Source of the DNA: Candidatus Levyibacteriota bacterium
GTDB lineage: Bacteria; Patescibacteriota; Microgenomatia; Levybacterales; GWA1-39-11
Assembly: GCA_039738415.1 (NCBI GenBank)
Contig: JBCLLY010000002.1
Coordinates: 9,792 to 73,791 of the forward strand
Direction of reading: 5' to 3'
Length of the DNA stretch: 64,000 bases
Shown here: piece by piece, positions 37,480 to 47,524 of the stretch
Position numbering within the stretch: position 1 is the first letter of the stretch
Layout: each line of letters opens with the position of its first letter
The notes under the pieces: model-generated
What the model was told of the DNA's origin: nothing
Seen by the model: only the letters and a program-made list of their open reading frames with translations
Databases searched by the model: none
Program-made: the position numbers and the translations under genes

Positions 37480-38682
37480 ATGCACATACCACTAGCAAAA
37501 AAATTAAGGCCTCAAAATTTGGACGAATTTGTAGGGCAGGAACATTTGGTCGGAAAAGGAAAACCTATTCAGAGAATGATTCAGACTGGAAATGTAACCA
37601 GTATGATTCTGTGGGGCCCTCCCGGTTGTGGCAAAACAACACTTGCGACAATTATCGCAAATTCAATTGATGCGAATTTTGAATTCTTTTCAGCCGTAAC
37701 CAGCGGAGTAGACCACGTTAGAAAAATTATTAAAGAAGCTGAAAGTATAATAAAGGAAAAAGAACGGAAAACAATTCTTTTTGTAGATGAAATTCATAGA
37801 TTTAATAAGGCACAGCAGGATGCATTTTTACCCCACGTTGAAAATGGAACGATAATACTCATTGGTGCGACAACTGAAAATCCTGGCTTTAGAATTAACG
37901 CGCCTCTACTCTCACGCAGCCAGCTATTTGTACTTAAAGAACTTACAAAGGAAGATATAGAAAAAGTGGTCAAAAGAGCTATTTCATTTTATCCAAAGGC
38001 AACAATTGACAGAGAAGCGCTCAGCCACATCGTGCATTTTTCAAATGGTGATGCCCGCTTTGCAATAAATGCAGTTGAAACGGCTGTTACTCTAAAGAAC
38101 AAAATTAACTTAAAAGTGGCTGAGGAGGCAATGCAGAAAAGGGCAGTATATTATGATAAGAAAGGGGACTATCACTACGATACAATTTCAGCATTTATAA
38201 AATCTATGCGTGGCGGAGACCCTGATGCAACACTTCATTATCTTGCTAGGATGATAAAAGCGGGCGAGGACCCGATTTTTATAGCACGAAGAATGGTTAT
38301 ATTTGCATCTGAAGATATTGGAAATGCTCAACCGACAGCACTAGTTCTTGCTACAAGCTCTATGCAGGCAGTTCATATGATAGGACTTCCCGAGGCGCAG
38401 CTAATTTTAGCCCAGACCGCAACCTATCTGGCAACAGCTAAAAAATCCATAGCATCCACTGTCGGAATAGGAGCAGCAATGAATGACGTGGAGATGGAAA
38501 ATCTTCCGCAAATTCCTATGCATCTTCGAAATGCTGCAAATAAAGTTATGAAAAATCTAGGATATGGAAAAGGACACGAGCGCTACGCTTGGAAAACTGA
38601 GCGCGAAACAGGAAAAAAAGTAGAACAGGAATATCTACCCGAAAAGTTAAGGGGCAAGAAGTACTATAGGAAAGACTGGTAA
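37480..38682 (+). CDS. rarA: replication-associated recombination protein A (AAA+ ATPase)
   Basis: LRPQNLDEFVGQEHLVG...WGPPGCGKTTLA, with a C-terminal MgsA domain. Confidence 0.9.
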   Translation: MHIPLAKKLRPQNLDEFVGQEHLVGKGKPIQRMIQTGNVTSMILWGPPGCGKTTLATIIANSIDANFEFFSAVTSGVDHVRKIIKEAESIIKEKERKTILFVDEIHRFNKAQQDAFLPHVENGTIILIGATTENPGFRINAPLLSRSQLFVLKELTKEDIEKVVKRAISFYPKATIDREALSHIVHFSNGDARFAINAVETAVTLKNKINLKVAEEAMQKRAVYYDKKGDYHYDTISAFIKSMRGGDPDATLHYLARMIKAGEDPIFIARRMVIFASEDIGNAQPTALVLATSSMQAVHMIGLPEAQLILAQTATYLATAKKSIASTVGIGAAMNDVEMENLPQIPMHLRNAANKVMKNLGYGKGHERYAWKTERETGKKVEQEYLPEKLRGKKYYRKDW

Positions 38683-38693
38683 CAAAAAAAGAC

Positions 38694-38885
38694 AAACTCT
38701 TAATATTTCATGGAGATGCGGATACTTTTATTACACCTGATAATAGTAGAAGGATTTTGGAGGCATCCTCAAGCGAAAGCAGACTGGTTCTTTTCCCCGG
38801 CTCAAAGCACGTCAAAACCTTTATAGACCATCCCAAGCTCTATACAGATGAGGTTCTACGGTACATGGAGCAGGAATTGAAGTAA
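38694..38885 (+). pseudogene. C-terminal remnant of an alpha/beta hydrolase
   Basis: The frame reads ...LLIFHGDADTFITPDNSRRILEASSSESRLVLFPGSKHVKTFIDHPKLYTDEVLRYMEQELK*. There is no start codon and no nucleophile-elbow region upstream. Confidence 0.5.
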
Positions 38886-38945
38886 GCAAAAAACAAATAG
38901 TATTGAAGCCTGATTTGAATTCGAGTAAAATACATAGACACCCAT

Positions 38946-39026
38946 GCCTGGGTGGTGGAATGGTATACACGCACGCCTTAAGAGCGTGTGGGGCAACTCA
39001 TGCGGGTTCGAGTCCCGCCCCAGGCA
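38946..39026 (+). tRNA. tRNA-Leu(UAA)
   Basis: Acceptor GCCTGGG/CCCAGGC, anticodon arm CACGC CTTAAGA GCGTG, long variable arm, T arm GCGGG TTCGAGT CCCGC. Confidence 0.85.
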
Positions 39027-39112
39027 CTTGAAATTCAATTGGGACGAGAAGTTTATCCTGCTGTGCCCGCCTCTGGAGGGAACGAAGTTGAAGGAAGTCC
39101 CGCCCCAGGCAC
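39011..39112 (+). repeat. direct repeat of the tRNA-Leu(UAA) 3' end flanking a 68-nt spacer with the GAGAAGTTTAT motif
   Basis: AGTCCCGCCCCAGGCAC occurs at 39011-39027 and again at 39096-39112. The spacer contains GGGAC GAGAAGTTTAT CCTGC (39041-39061). Confidence 0.85.
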
Positions 39113-39163
39113 ATGTCTATTTACTATTACCTACTACCTAATGTCTAATACCTATTCTCTAAA

Positions 39164-40105
39164 TTACTCGTGTTCGGGAGGTGTTTGCCCAAGTTCGATT
39201 AATGTATAGTCCAGCAAATCCTTCATTTCCTGCCGCCTGTTTTGACTATTTAAAAGAACTGCGATAACTTTTCTGTCATTGTACTCCAAGTATGTAATCA
39301 GACAAAAACCTGCTTCCCAAGTGAACCCTGTTTTGACACCTTTCACCCCCGGATAAGAAGTTAATAAATTTGTATCGTTGAATAATCTAAAATATTTGTG
39401 ATTATTTGAATAAGGCAATTCCTTTTCATAAGTTCCAACTACTTCTCTGAATGTAGGATTTTCCATAGCAATTCTTGTAAGCTTTAATAGGTCAACCGCT
39501 GTAGAGTATTGCTCTCCGTCTCCCTCAAGTCCGCTTGGATTTGTAAAATTAGTATCGGTTAAACCAAGTTGCTTGCCGCGTTTATTCATTTCATTAACAA
39601 ATCCGTCTCTTCCATAACGGCTTCCCTCGGCAATTACTTCAGCTGCATCATTTCCTGAAGGTAATAGCAGACCATACAATAATTCTTCCAAAGTAAACAC
39701 TTCACCTTCAGTTGCCCTCATCGCATTCTCACCAACCGCAGTTGCGCTTTTGCTTACTCTGTAACGTTTATCTACCCCTTCCTCAAGCGCAATTACCGCA
39801 GTCATAATTTTTGTAAGAGACGCCATGGGAAGTTTTTCTACAGAATTTTTTTCAAAAATTAACGTGTCGGTCGAAATATCGTAAGAAAGAGCAGCCTTTG
39901 CTGAAAGAATAATCTTTTTAGTAGAAGCACCTTCAACCTGAGCAACATTTGGAGTCCAAAGAGGGTAAAGAGGCGAGAGTTCTTCTTTAGTATCGGGCAC
40001 CGGTGAAATTATTGAGCTCAGCGATAAATTATTTTTGTTTAAAAAGAATTGAAGTAAGAATAATCCAACTGCCAATACAAATGCTGCAAATAGTCCTTTT
40101 GCCAT
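39164..40105 (-). CDS. D-alanyl-D-alanine carboxypeptidase (peptidase S11, PBP5-like)
   Basis: MASLTKIMT (SxxK), LPSGNDAA (SxN) and GVKTGFT (KTG) motifs, with an N-terminal anchor. Confidence 0.85.
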   Translation of the reverse strand: MAKGLFAAFVLAVGLFLLQFFLNKNNLSLSSIISPVPDTKEELSPLYPLWTPNVAQVEGASTKKIILSAKAALSYDISTDTLIFEKNSVEKLPMASLTKIMTAVIALEEGVDKRYRVSKSATAVGENAMRATEGEVFTLEELLYGLLLPSGNDAAEVIAEGSRYGRDGFVNEMNKRGKQLGLTDTNFTNPSGLEGDGEQYSTAVDLLKLTRIAMENPTFREVVGTYEKELPYSNNHKYFRLFNDTNLLTSYPGVKGVKTGFTWEAGFCLITYLEYNDRKVIAVLLNSQNRRQEMKDLLDYTLIELGQTPPEHE

Positions 40106-40174
40106 TTAAATATTATAGAAAGATTAGATTAGTGTTGCAACAAAATATAGCAATATGTAATATAAATATACAAG

Positions 40175-41461
40175 ATGTCAAAACACGAGGAAGTTTTCAG
40201 GGAGACAACGGACCTACTTAGGATTGTTGGAAAAAAGTATAAATATTCCACAGACGTTCTAGAAAGCTTTTTATCACCTGATAGAATTGTGCAAATATCT
40301 ATTCCTCTTAGGATAAACAACAAAATTAAGATTTTTAGCGGTTTTAGAGTACAACACAACAATAAAAGAGGTCCTTATAAGGGTGGAATTCGCTTCCACG
40401 AGGACGTTACGCGAGATGAAGTAATGGCTTTGTCTTTGTGGATGAGCCTAAAGACAGCTTTGGTTGACATTCCATTCGGTGGAGGAAAGGGCGGGATAAC
40501 TGTAAATCCAAAAGAACTAACCGAGGCGCAACTGGAAGAATTATCACGTGAATACGTTAGGCGTCTTTATGATGTCATAGGACCGGATAAGGACGTGCCC
40601 GCACCAGACGTTAATACAAACCCGAAAATAATAAGCTGGATGGTAGACGAGTATATAAGGATTGCAAAAGAAAGAGGTACTAGTTTTTCCGAGGAAGCAC
40701 TTTACGGTGCATTTACCGGTAAGTCTTTAAAAAGCCATGGACTGGATGGCCGTGAAGATGCAACAGGCTTTGGAGGCGCTGTAATTTTAAAGGAGCTTTT
40801 TAAAAAGTTAGGCAAAAATCCAAATGAAATTACTGTTGCAATTCAAGGATTTGGAAATGTAGGATACTTTTTCGCTAAATTTGCCTCTGATTTTGGATTT
40901 AGGGTTGTAACAGTTAGTGATTCAAAAGGTGGAATAACCGGGAGAAAAGCAACGCTTCAAAATGGACTTGATGTTGAAAAAGTTCTTGCTTGCAAGCTTG
41001 AAAAAGGAGTTCTTGCCGGTTGTTATTGCGTGGGAGGGGTCTGTGATATTAATGAGGGTAGAAATTTATCAAACGAGCAGCTTTTAAGTCTTGACGTTGA
41101 CGTTCTAGTGCCCGCAGCGCTGGGAAATGTAATTACAAAAGAAAATATGAAAAATATTAAAGCAAAAGCAATTATAGAAATGGCAAACGGTCCAACAAGT
41201 CCTGAAGCTCATAAATATTTATCTGAAAAGGGCGTAATTATTATTCCCGATATACTTGCAAATGCAGCAGGAGTAACTGCTTCATATCTTGAGTGGAGAC
41301 AAAATATAGAGGGAGTAAAGATGCAAAAGAAAGAGGTTTTTAATGAACTTGAGAAAATTATGGCAAAAGCTTTTTCCAGCGTTTGGAAAGAGTCTGAGAA
41401 AAGCAAAGTTGATTTGAGATACGCCTCTTACGCAATTTCACTCAAAAGACTTCTGGAATAA
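40175..41461 (+). CDS. gdhA: glutamate dehydrogenase (Glu/Leu/Phe/Val dehydrogenase family)
   Basis: YKGGIRFH...DIPFGGGKGG, with a GFGNVG NAD(P)-binding motif. Confidence 0.9.
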   Translation: MSKHEEVFRETTDLLRIVGKKYKYSTDVLESFLSPDRIVQISIPLRINNKIKIFSGFRVQHNNKRGPYKGGIRFHEDVTRDEVMALSLWMSLKTALVDIPFGGGKGGITVNPKELTEAQLEELSREYVRRLYDVIGPDKDVPAPDVNTNPKIISWMVDEYIRIAKERGTSFSEEALYGAFTGKSLKSHGLDGREDATGFGGAVILKELFKKLGKNPNEITVAIQGFGNVGYFFAKFASDFGFRVVTVSDSKGGITGRKATLQNGLDVEKVLACKLEKGVLAGCYCVGGVCDINEGRNLSNEQLLSLDVDVLVPAALGNVITKENMKNIKAKAIIEMANGPTSPEAHKYLSEKGVIIIPDILANAAGVTASYLEWRQNIEGVKMQKKEVFNELEKIMAKAFSSVWKESEKSKVDLRYASYAISLKRLLE

Positions 41462-41470
41462 ACTTTTATT

Positions 41471-42064
41471 ATGAGCAGCACAACAAACTACAATAAGCAC
41501 ATCTCCCAAAATCCTATTCAAAAAGCATTAATAGAGAATTTTTATAAAAATTTAATTCAGATAATAAAGCCGTTAAAAGTAAAAAAAATATTAGATGTAG
41601 GATGTGGCGAGGGATTTACTTTAGATAAGTTCAAAAAGGAGCGCATAGGTTACGAATTGGTAGGCATTGACTATTCAGACGATGCGCTAAAACTGGGTAA
41701 AAAAGCGTATCCTGGCCTAAATTTGAAAAAAGGAGATATTTATAAAATAAAAGAGCCCGACAATGCTTATGATTTGGTTCTTGCAACAGAAGTTTTGGAA
41801 CATCTTGAAGACCCTTCGAAAGCCTTGGAGGAGCTTATTCGTGTGAGTAATAAATATATAGTTCTCTCAGTACCAAATGAACCTTTTTTTATAATTGCAA
41901 ATTTTCTCAGGGGCAAATATGTTAAAAGGTTTGGAAATCATCCTGAGCATATTAACCATTGGACATTTATAAGTTTCGAGAGTTTTTTAAAAAAACACGG
42001 TTTAAGAATTGTTAAAAGTGTTCACCCCTTTGCTTGGACCTTAATTTTGGCTCAAAAAAAATAA
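41471..42064 (+). CDS. class I SAM-dependent methyltransferase
   Basis: ILDVGCGEGF is motif I, and ATEVLEHLEDP is also present. Confidence 0.8.
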   Translation: MSSTTNYNKHISQNPIQKALIENFYKNLIQIIKPLKVKKILDVGCGEGFTLDKFKKERIGYELVGIDYSDDALKLGKKAYPGLNLKKGDIYKIKEPDNAYDLVLATEVLEHLEDPSKALEELIRVSNKYIVLSVPNEPFFIIANFLRGKYVKRFGNHPEHINHWTFISFESFLKKHGLRIVKSVHPFAWTLILAQKK

Positions 42065-42083
42065 TCCAAACGGAAATTTCAAG

Positions 42084-42116
42084 AAAAAAACCCATCGGTT
42101 TTACGATGGGTTTTTA
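42084..42116. terminator. intrinsic terminator hairpin between convergent genes
   Basis: AAAAAAA CCCATCG GTTTTA CGATGGG TTTTT. The flanking A and T runs allow function on both strands. Confidence 0.7.
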
Positions 42117-42246
42117 TCATTAAGGTAGCCCACATATTTTCTAAAAAACTACTTCAGAAAATATGACTACCCTAATATTATTTCTGAAAACCGCTTATGT
42201 CAAGAAGTAAAAAAACAATCCGACAATTTACATTAAAAAAGCTTAA

Positions 42247-43191
42247 CTACAGCCATTTTTTGTAGTAGAAGATTAAAAATGCTGCAGTGCAAATTATAAT
42301 AGTAATCCAAATTAAGTAAGCAAATATTAACGGATTTTCCTGGAAGGGGAGTGCTATGTTCATCCCATAAAGTCCTCCTATCATTGTGGGAATGGATAAA
42401 AGAATTGTCATAACTGTCAAAATCTTAATAATTTTATTCAAATTATTAGTAAAAATAACCTGATATGAGTCTCTTATTCCCCGAATGCTTTTTATACTCA
42501 TGTCACAAAGATCAGCAGATTGTCTAAAGCCAATCATTAGGTCTTCAAAAATATCCTTGTCTTCTTCATAGATACTGATATATTTTTTAGAAATAACAGT
42601 CTCAAGTGAGTTATTCATAAGAACAAGTGCTGAGATATACTGATTTAGTATTTCCTCACTCTCAGCAAGTACTATAAAGTCCTTGCTGTCAATTCTCTTA
42701 AGCTCGCGTCTACCTCTAGGAACCCTATTACTTACTTGTTTTGTTTTGAGAGTATAGTCCTGTGCAACTTTTAGGAGAAGCTTTAAAACTAGCTTTATTT
42801 TCTGAGTCGTTGCGATTTTTGTAGCCTGCTCAATCATTTTATCGATAAGGGGGTTTTTGGTGGGAGAAATAGTGATCAAATACTTATCGGTAAGTATTAT
42901 GGCCATAAGCTGTGTATAGAGCTCTTCGTTTTCCTCAGTAGGATAACGCGTATAAATAATAAGACCCTCTTCTTGTCTTTCTACACGAGGCAGCTCGTAG
43001 CGGTCAAGTGTATCTCTAAGATCCGCAACCTGGAAGCCTGTTATCTGCGCAATCCGCTCAATGTCTTCATTTGTTGCTTCTTCGACATTTATCCAGCTTC
43101 CGGGTCTTACTTGTGCTGATTTCTTAAATTTTTTATCTTTTAGAGTTTTATAAAGTATTGATATCATAGGCAATCGTACCAAAAAAACCAA
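42247..43191 (-). CDS. corA: CorA-family magnesium/cobalt transporter
   Basis: A C-terminal YGMNIALPF (GMN) motif lies between two TM helices. The true start may be M9 at 43167. Confidence 0.85.
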   Translation of the reverse strand: MVFLVRLPMISILYKTLKDKKFKKSAQVRPGSWINVEEATNEDIERIAQITGFQVADLRDTLDRYELPRVERQEEGLIIYTRYPTEENEELYTQLMAIILTDKYLITISPTKNPLIDKMIEQATKIATTQKIKLVLKLLLKVAQDYTLKTKQVSNRVPRGRRELKRIDSKDFIVLAESEEILNQYISALVLMNNSLETVISKKYISIYEEDKDIFEDLMIGFRQSADLCDMSIKSIRGIRDSYQVIFTNNLNKIIKILTVMTILLSIPTMIGGLYGMNIALPFQENPLIFAYLIWITIIICTAAFLIFYYKKWL

Positions 43192-43213
43192 AGGGTCAAT
43201 AAATGTAGAAAAT

Positions 43214-43675
43214 CTAGGAGCGCTTAACGAGCTTTGCCGTATAAATTATTTCCTGAACTTGACCTTCTGCTGTTTCGAATTGTCTTTGTCCTGTAAGTCT
43301 ACCATATTCCTGTAGATATTCCGACAAGGACTCTTTTGCCTCTTTAATATTTATTCTTTTATCCTTTACCTTACTATACACGTTGGAAACATCAGGTCTT
43401 TTTATTATTTCTGTTTTTGTTGCCTGTTTTTTCTTACTTGCAATCTTTGCCTCTTCTGCATGATTTTTGTAAACCTCATCGTTTTCAAGAACGCTATTTA
43501 TCATCTCGTCGAGCGGTTTTACCTCCTCTGTAATAGTATCAATACGCATAAGAGTTTCGTTAATTAAGCTTCGGAGGTTCGTTATAACAATTACATCTGA
43601 ACCTCCAGCTGACATAGATTCGTCCACAACTTCTCCTTCCTGTATTTGCTCCTGTGTATTGTTAGAATCATCCAT
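43214..43675 (-). CDS. hypothetical acidic / coiled-coil protein
   Basis: 153-aa ORF with no recognisable motif. Confidence 0.35.
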   Translation of the reverse strand: MDDSNNTQEQIQEGEVVDESMSAGGSDVIVITNLRSLINETLMRIDTITEEVKPLDEMINSVLENDEVYKNHAEEAKIASKKKQATKTEIIKRPDVSNVYSKVKDKRINIKEAKESLSEYLQEYGRLTGQRQFETAEGQVQEIIYTAKLVKRS

Positions 43676-43758
43676 AGATTAATACTTTAAATGAAATTAA
43701 ATATAAAAATCAACCCCTAAAATATTTTTTTGATGCATTAGGGTATAATATAAAGATT

Positions 43759-45126
43759 GTGAAGCGTTATTTGGTTTTATTTGTTCTATCTTTCTTACGG
43801 TTTTTCGCAAAAAGAGCTTTAGTGAAAAACCGTCCGGTTGTTATCGGAATTGCTGGTTCAGTAGGAAAATCTTCGTTGAAAAACGCGCTTTATGCAATAC
43901 TACAAAAAGAGGGAAGCAAAACTAAATCACTGGAGGGAAATTCAGAGACAGGCATTCCTTTAGGAATTTTAAACCTTGATGCTCAGGATTACTCGTACAA
44001 AAACTGGTTTTTAATCTTAATTAAGGCGCCATTTAGAACAAACTCGCTTGCAGGAGTAAAGTATCTGATTGCTGAGATGGGAATTGACGATCCGTATCCT
44101 CCGAAAAATATGGATTATCTCCTAAGTATAATCAAGCCCGATATCGCAATAAATTTGAATGTTTCAGCAACCCACACCATGCAATTTGAAAAAGCAATTC
44201 CCCAAAATAAGAAAAAAACTTTACAGAATTTAGTCGATGCTATAGCTTACGAGGATACAAAAATTATTACAAAGTCTAACTGCAAAGTCGGGATTTATAA
44301 TTCGAACAACTCCCATATCGTAAAATATATTAATATATTTAGAAAAGAGCGCACCGATACTGATTTAAGATCATTTGGAAATGCAAGAACTGACTCTATC
44401 AGGCTTACTTCCTACGAAGTTGGAATTAAAAAGACTAAGTTTACTTTTAAATTGAATGAGAAAAATTCTAAGGAACTTACAATTACTCTTCGCGGATTTT
44501 GCCTTCCAAAAGCTTATTCCCAGACTTTTGAAGCAGCAATTTTAGCGGCAAGAAGTCTTAAAATTCCATTAAAGACTATTGCTGAGGGGCTTGAGGAGAA
44601 ATTTTTTCTCCCAAGAGGAAGAGCTAGTGTATTTGAGGGAATTAAGAAAAGCACTATTATTGATAGCACCTATAACGCCTCTAAAGAATCTATGCTAACC
44701 TTTCTCGAGCTGCTAAGCAATCTAAAAAAACAAACCAAAAGGCCTGCGGTATTTGTTTTTGGAGATATGCGGGAGTTGGGACCAGCTGCAAAAGAAGAAC
44801 ACGCGCAGGTAGCAGAATACGCAAAAGAGGTTGCTAATTATGTATATTGTGTAGGACCGCAAACTGAGGAATTCGTACTACCTATTTTAAAATCTTCAAA
44901 CAAAAGAATTTATAAAGACTCTTCAAAAAATTCTGTTCAGCTGGGACTTCATCTTAAAGAAAGTTTACCTGAAAACGCCATAATTTTATTCAAAGGGTCT
45001 CAGAATGAAATCTTTCTTGAGGAGGCTGTAAAATTTATCTTGACAAATCAAAGTGATGAAAAAAAACTTTGCAGGCAATCAGAATACTGGATAAATACTA
45101 AAGCTCAATTTTTTAATCTAATCTAA
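43759..45126 (+). CDS. Mur ligase family protein (MurF-like)
   Basis: VIGIAGSVGKSS is a P-loop, and the ORF has the Mur ligase middle and C-terminal layout. TATAAT (43744-43749) sits 9 nt before the GTG. Confidence 0.7.
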   Translation: MKRYLVLFVLSFLRFFAKRALVKNRPVVIGIAGSVGKSSLKNALYAILQKEGSKTKSLEGNSETGIPLGILNLDAQDYSYKNWFLILIKAPFRTNSLAGVKYLIAEMGIDDPYPPKNMDYLLSIIKPDIAINLNVSATHTMQFEKAIPQNKKKTLQNLVDAIAYEDTKIITKSNCKVGIYNSNNSHIVKYINIFRKERTDTDLRSFGNARTDSIRLTSYEVGIKKTKFTFKLNEKNSKELTITLRGFCLPKAYSQTFEAAILAARSLKIPLKTIAEGLEEKFFLPRGRASVFEGIKKSTIIDSTYNASKESMLTFLELLSNLKKQTKRPAVFVFGDMRELGPAAKEEHAQVAEYAKEVANYVYCVGPQTEEFVLPILKSSNKRIYKDSSKNSVQLGLHLKESLPENAIILFKGSQNEIFLEEAVKFILTNQSDEKKLCRQSEYWINTKAQFFNLI

Positions 45127-45128
45127 TG

Positions 45129-45509
45129 TTATTTTTTGGGCTTGAAATCAAGTGCTAATGAATTGATACAGTATCTTAACCCCGTAGGTCTTGGTCCGTC
45201 AGTAAAAACGTGTCCCAAGTGGGCGTTGCAGTTTTTGCATAAAACTTCTGTGCGACTCATTCCCAAAGCATCTTCTTGTTCAAGTTTAATATTCGCCTTT
45301 TGCGTATCCCAAAAACTAGGCCAGCCAGTACTACTATCAAATTTAGTATCAGACTTGAACAACTTTCTCCCGCAATTCACGCATACATAAGTACCTTCTC
45401 TCTTATTATCAGTATATTTTCCGCTAAATGGCGGCTCTGTGCCTTTTAGAAAACAAATATTATACTGCTCGGGCGTTAGTTTGGTTATGGGAGTAGGGGA
45501 ATTATTCAT
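45129..45509 (-). CDS. msrB: peptide-methionine (R)-S-oxide reductase
   Basis: [11 protein letters not shown]...GWPSF...[12 protein letters not shown]. Confidence 0.9.
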   Translation of the reverse strand: MNNSPTPITKLTPEQYNICFLKGTEPPFSGKYTDNKREGTYVCVNCGRKLFKSDTKFDSSTGWPSFWDTQKANIKLEQEDALGMSRTEVLCKNCNAHLGHVFTDGPRPTGLRYCINSLALDFKPKK

Positions 45510-45861
45510 TCGTCTTCATCTTTACATAGACAGGACGAAGCAATTGCGTACCCAAAGAAGCAATTTTTCCTCCCGCGATTATTATAATCGACATAAGCAT
45601 GGCATTAAGCGCCAGATTAAGTACGGTATTAACTAATTCTGCGGGAAATATTTCTACTTTCAAATCCTTAGTTAAATTACTTGGAAGTTGTGGAAAAAGA
45701 GAAGCACCACTAATCGCAAAATCACTATTGCTAAATGAAAACAATCCTACGGGTGAAATATTGCCCGAAAATACCAGCAACATTTGAATAACTGCACCTA
45801 GAATCATTATCAAACCTAGAGCCAAAAGCGCATATCCCGTTCTTTTTAAATCACTATCCAT
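45502..45861 (-). CDS. hypothetical small membrane protein
   Basis: 119 aa with two to three hydrophobic segments. It overlaps the msrB start by 8 nt. Confidence 0.4.
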   Translation of the reverse strand: MDSDLKRTGYALLALGLIMILGAVIQMLLVFSGNISPVGLFSFSNSDFAISGASLFPQLPSNLTKDLKVEIFPAELVNTVLNLALNAMLMSIIIIAGGKIASLGTQLLRPVYVKMKTNE

Positions 45862-45943
45862 TTATCATAAAGTATAACAAAAAAATGTCTGATAGAATAT
45901 TTATACTAAATAAAAAACTAAAACTGTTGGACGATTATAAAAA

Positions 45944-47461
45944 ATGATAAGAATAGTTGACAATTTTTTAAACTCTATAACGATGTACAGACTGGTTCTG
46001 TACGCGCTTATGGTGCTTTTTATTATATCGATAACTTTTGGCTTATTTGGATTGATAATTTACAATCCGTTAAGCCAAATTATCTCGCTCATGGTGTTTG
46101 TTGCCACCTGTTATGTAGCAAACAAAATATTTGCTCATCTTTTTAAAGCACCTACAAATATAGAATCTTTTGCGATAACTTCGCTAATTCTTTTTTTCAT
46201 AGTGCCTCCCATAAAAGATATACAAAATATTATTCCGATTATTATAATTTCCATAATTGCGATGGCCTCAAAATATATTCTTGCTATTAACGGTAAGCAT
46301 ATTTTCAACCCTGCTGCGTTTGCTGTGTTTGCAATAGCACTTACAGGATTGACCGGTGCCAGTTGGTGGGTCGCTTTACCTGCTTTTACTATTCCGACAC
46401 TTATCATGGGCTTATTAGTAGTAAGAAAGTTAAGGCGATTTTCTATGTTCTTTGCATTTTTTATAACTGCGCTTTTACAGATGCTTATTTATGGACACTT
46501 ATCGAATACTCCGGTTTTTCAAACTCTAAATCTTGCCCTAACGGCGTATCCGCTTCTTTTTTTAGGAACAATAGTGCTTACCGAACCGCTAACAACCCCT
46601 CCAAAAAGAAAACTGCAGATAATTTATGGAATAATTGTAGGTTTTATCTTTACAACAAGACAAAACTTTGGTTTTTTGTATCCGTCAGCAGAACTTGCCC
46701 TAATAATTGGAAATGTTTTTTCATACATTGTTAGTTCAAAGCAAAGAATTATTTTAACTTTGGAAGAAGTGGAGAAGCTTTCCCCAACGATTTATAACTA
46801 CGTTTTTAAACCCAGTCAAAAGCTAAATTTTACAGCTGGACAATACATAGAGTGGACGCTCCCGCACAAAAAGGCGGATAGTAGGGGGAATAGAAGATAT
46901 TTCACTATTACATCGTCTCCTACTGAGGAAAAAATTATGCTAGGCGTAAGAATTGAAGAGAATGGGAGTAGTTTTAAAAAAGCCCTTCGTAAATTGCAGG
47001 CAAATGACAAGCTTTCCGCAGGAAGCCTTGGAGGAGACTTTGTATTAGCTAAAAACACACGAGAAAAATTGGTTTTTCTAGCAGGGGGGATAGGGATAAC
47101 TCCTTTTCGAAGTATGATTAGGTATCTTCTAGATACAAACGATAAAAGGGACATAGTTTTATTTCATTCATGCGCAACTGTAAATGATTTTGTCTATGGT
47201 GATGTATTTAGTGAAGCACAAAGAAAAATGGGGCTTAAAATAGTTCATATGCTAAGAAATAAGGAGAATGCACCTGCAGATCTTAGGGGGGAATTTGGTC
47301 ATTTGACACATGAGCTGCTGAAAAAAAGAGTGCCTGATTACAAAGATAGAAGATTTTATATTTCAGGGTCTAATATTTTGGTTGACGAATATAAAGATAC
47401 TCTCAAAAAGAGTGGAGTAGAGAAGAAAAAAATCATGACTGATTATTTTCCAGGTTATTAA
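45944..47461 (+). CDS. polytopic membrane domain fused to a ferredoxin-reductase-like FAD/NAD(P)-binding domain
   Basis: The N-terminal half has about 8 TM segments. The C-terminal half carries RRYFTITSSP (RxYS/T FAD motif) and LAGGIGITPF (NAD motif). Confidence 0.7.
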   Translation: MIRIVDNFLNSITMYRLVLYALMVLFIISITFGLFGLIIYNPLSQIISLMVFVATCYVANKIFAHLFKAPTNIESFAITSLILFFIVPPIKDIQNIIPIIIISIIAMASKYILAINGKHIFNPAAFAVFAIALTGLTGASWWVALPAFTIPTLIMGLLVVRKLRRFSMFFAFFITALLQMLIYGHLSNTPVFQTLNLALTAYPLLFLGTIVLTEPLTTPPKRKLQIIYGIIVGFIFTTRQNFGFLYPSAELALIIGNVFSYIVSSKQRIILTLEEVEKLSPTIYNYVFKPSQKLNFTAGQYIEWTLPHKKADSRGNRRYFTITSSPTEEKIMLGVRIEENGSSFKKALRKLQANDKLSAGSLGGDFVLAKNTREKLVFLAGGIGITPFRSMIRYLLDTNDKRDIVLFHSCATVNDFVYGDVFSEAQRKMGLKIVHMLRNKENAPADLRGEFGHLTHELLKKRVPDYKDRRFYISGSNILVDEYKDTLKKSGVEKKKIMTDYFPGY

Positions 47462-47524
47462 TTTAACAAAAAAAACATACTGCTATAAACACAGGTTACA
47501 ACATTCAAGCTAAAGGCTTAGGAA

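Noticed and set aside
38856-39209. ORFs 38856..39038 (-), 38944..39141 (+) and 38988..39209 (+). By analogy also 59389..59589, 37133..37351 and the tail of 34584..35069.
   Set aside because: They run straight through tRNA genes and the tRNA-end repeat spacers, and their peptides have no protein-like features.
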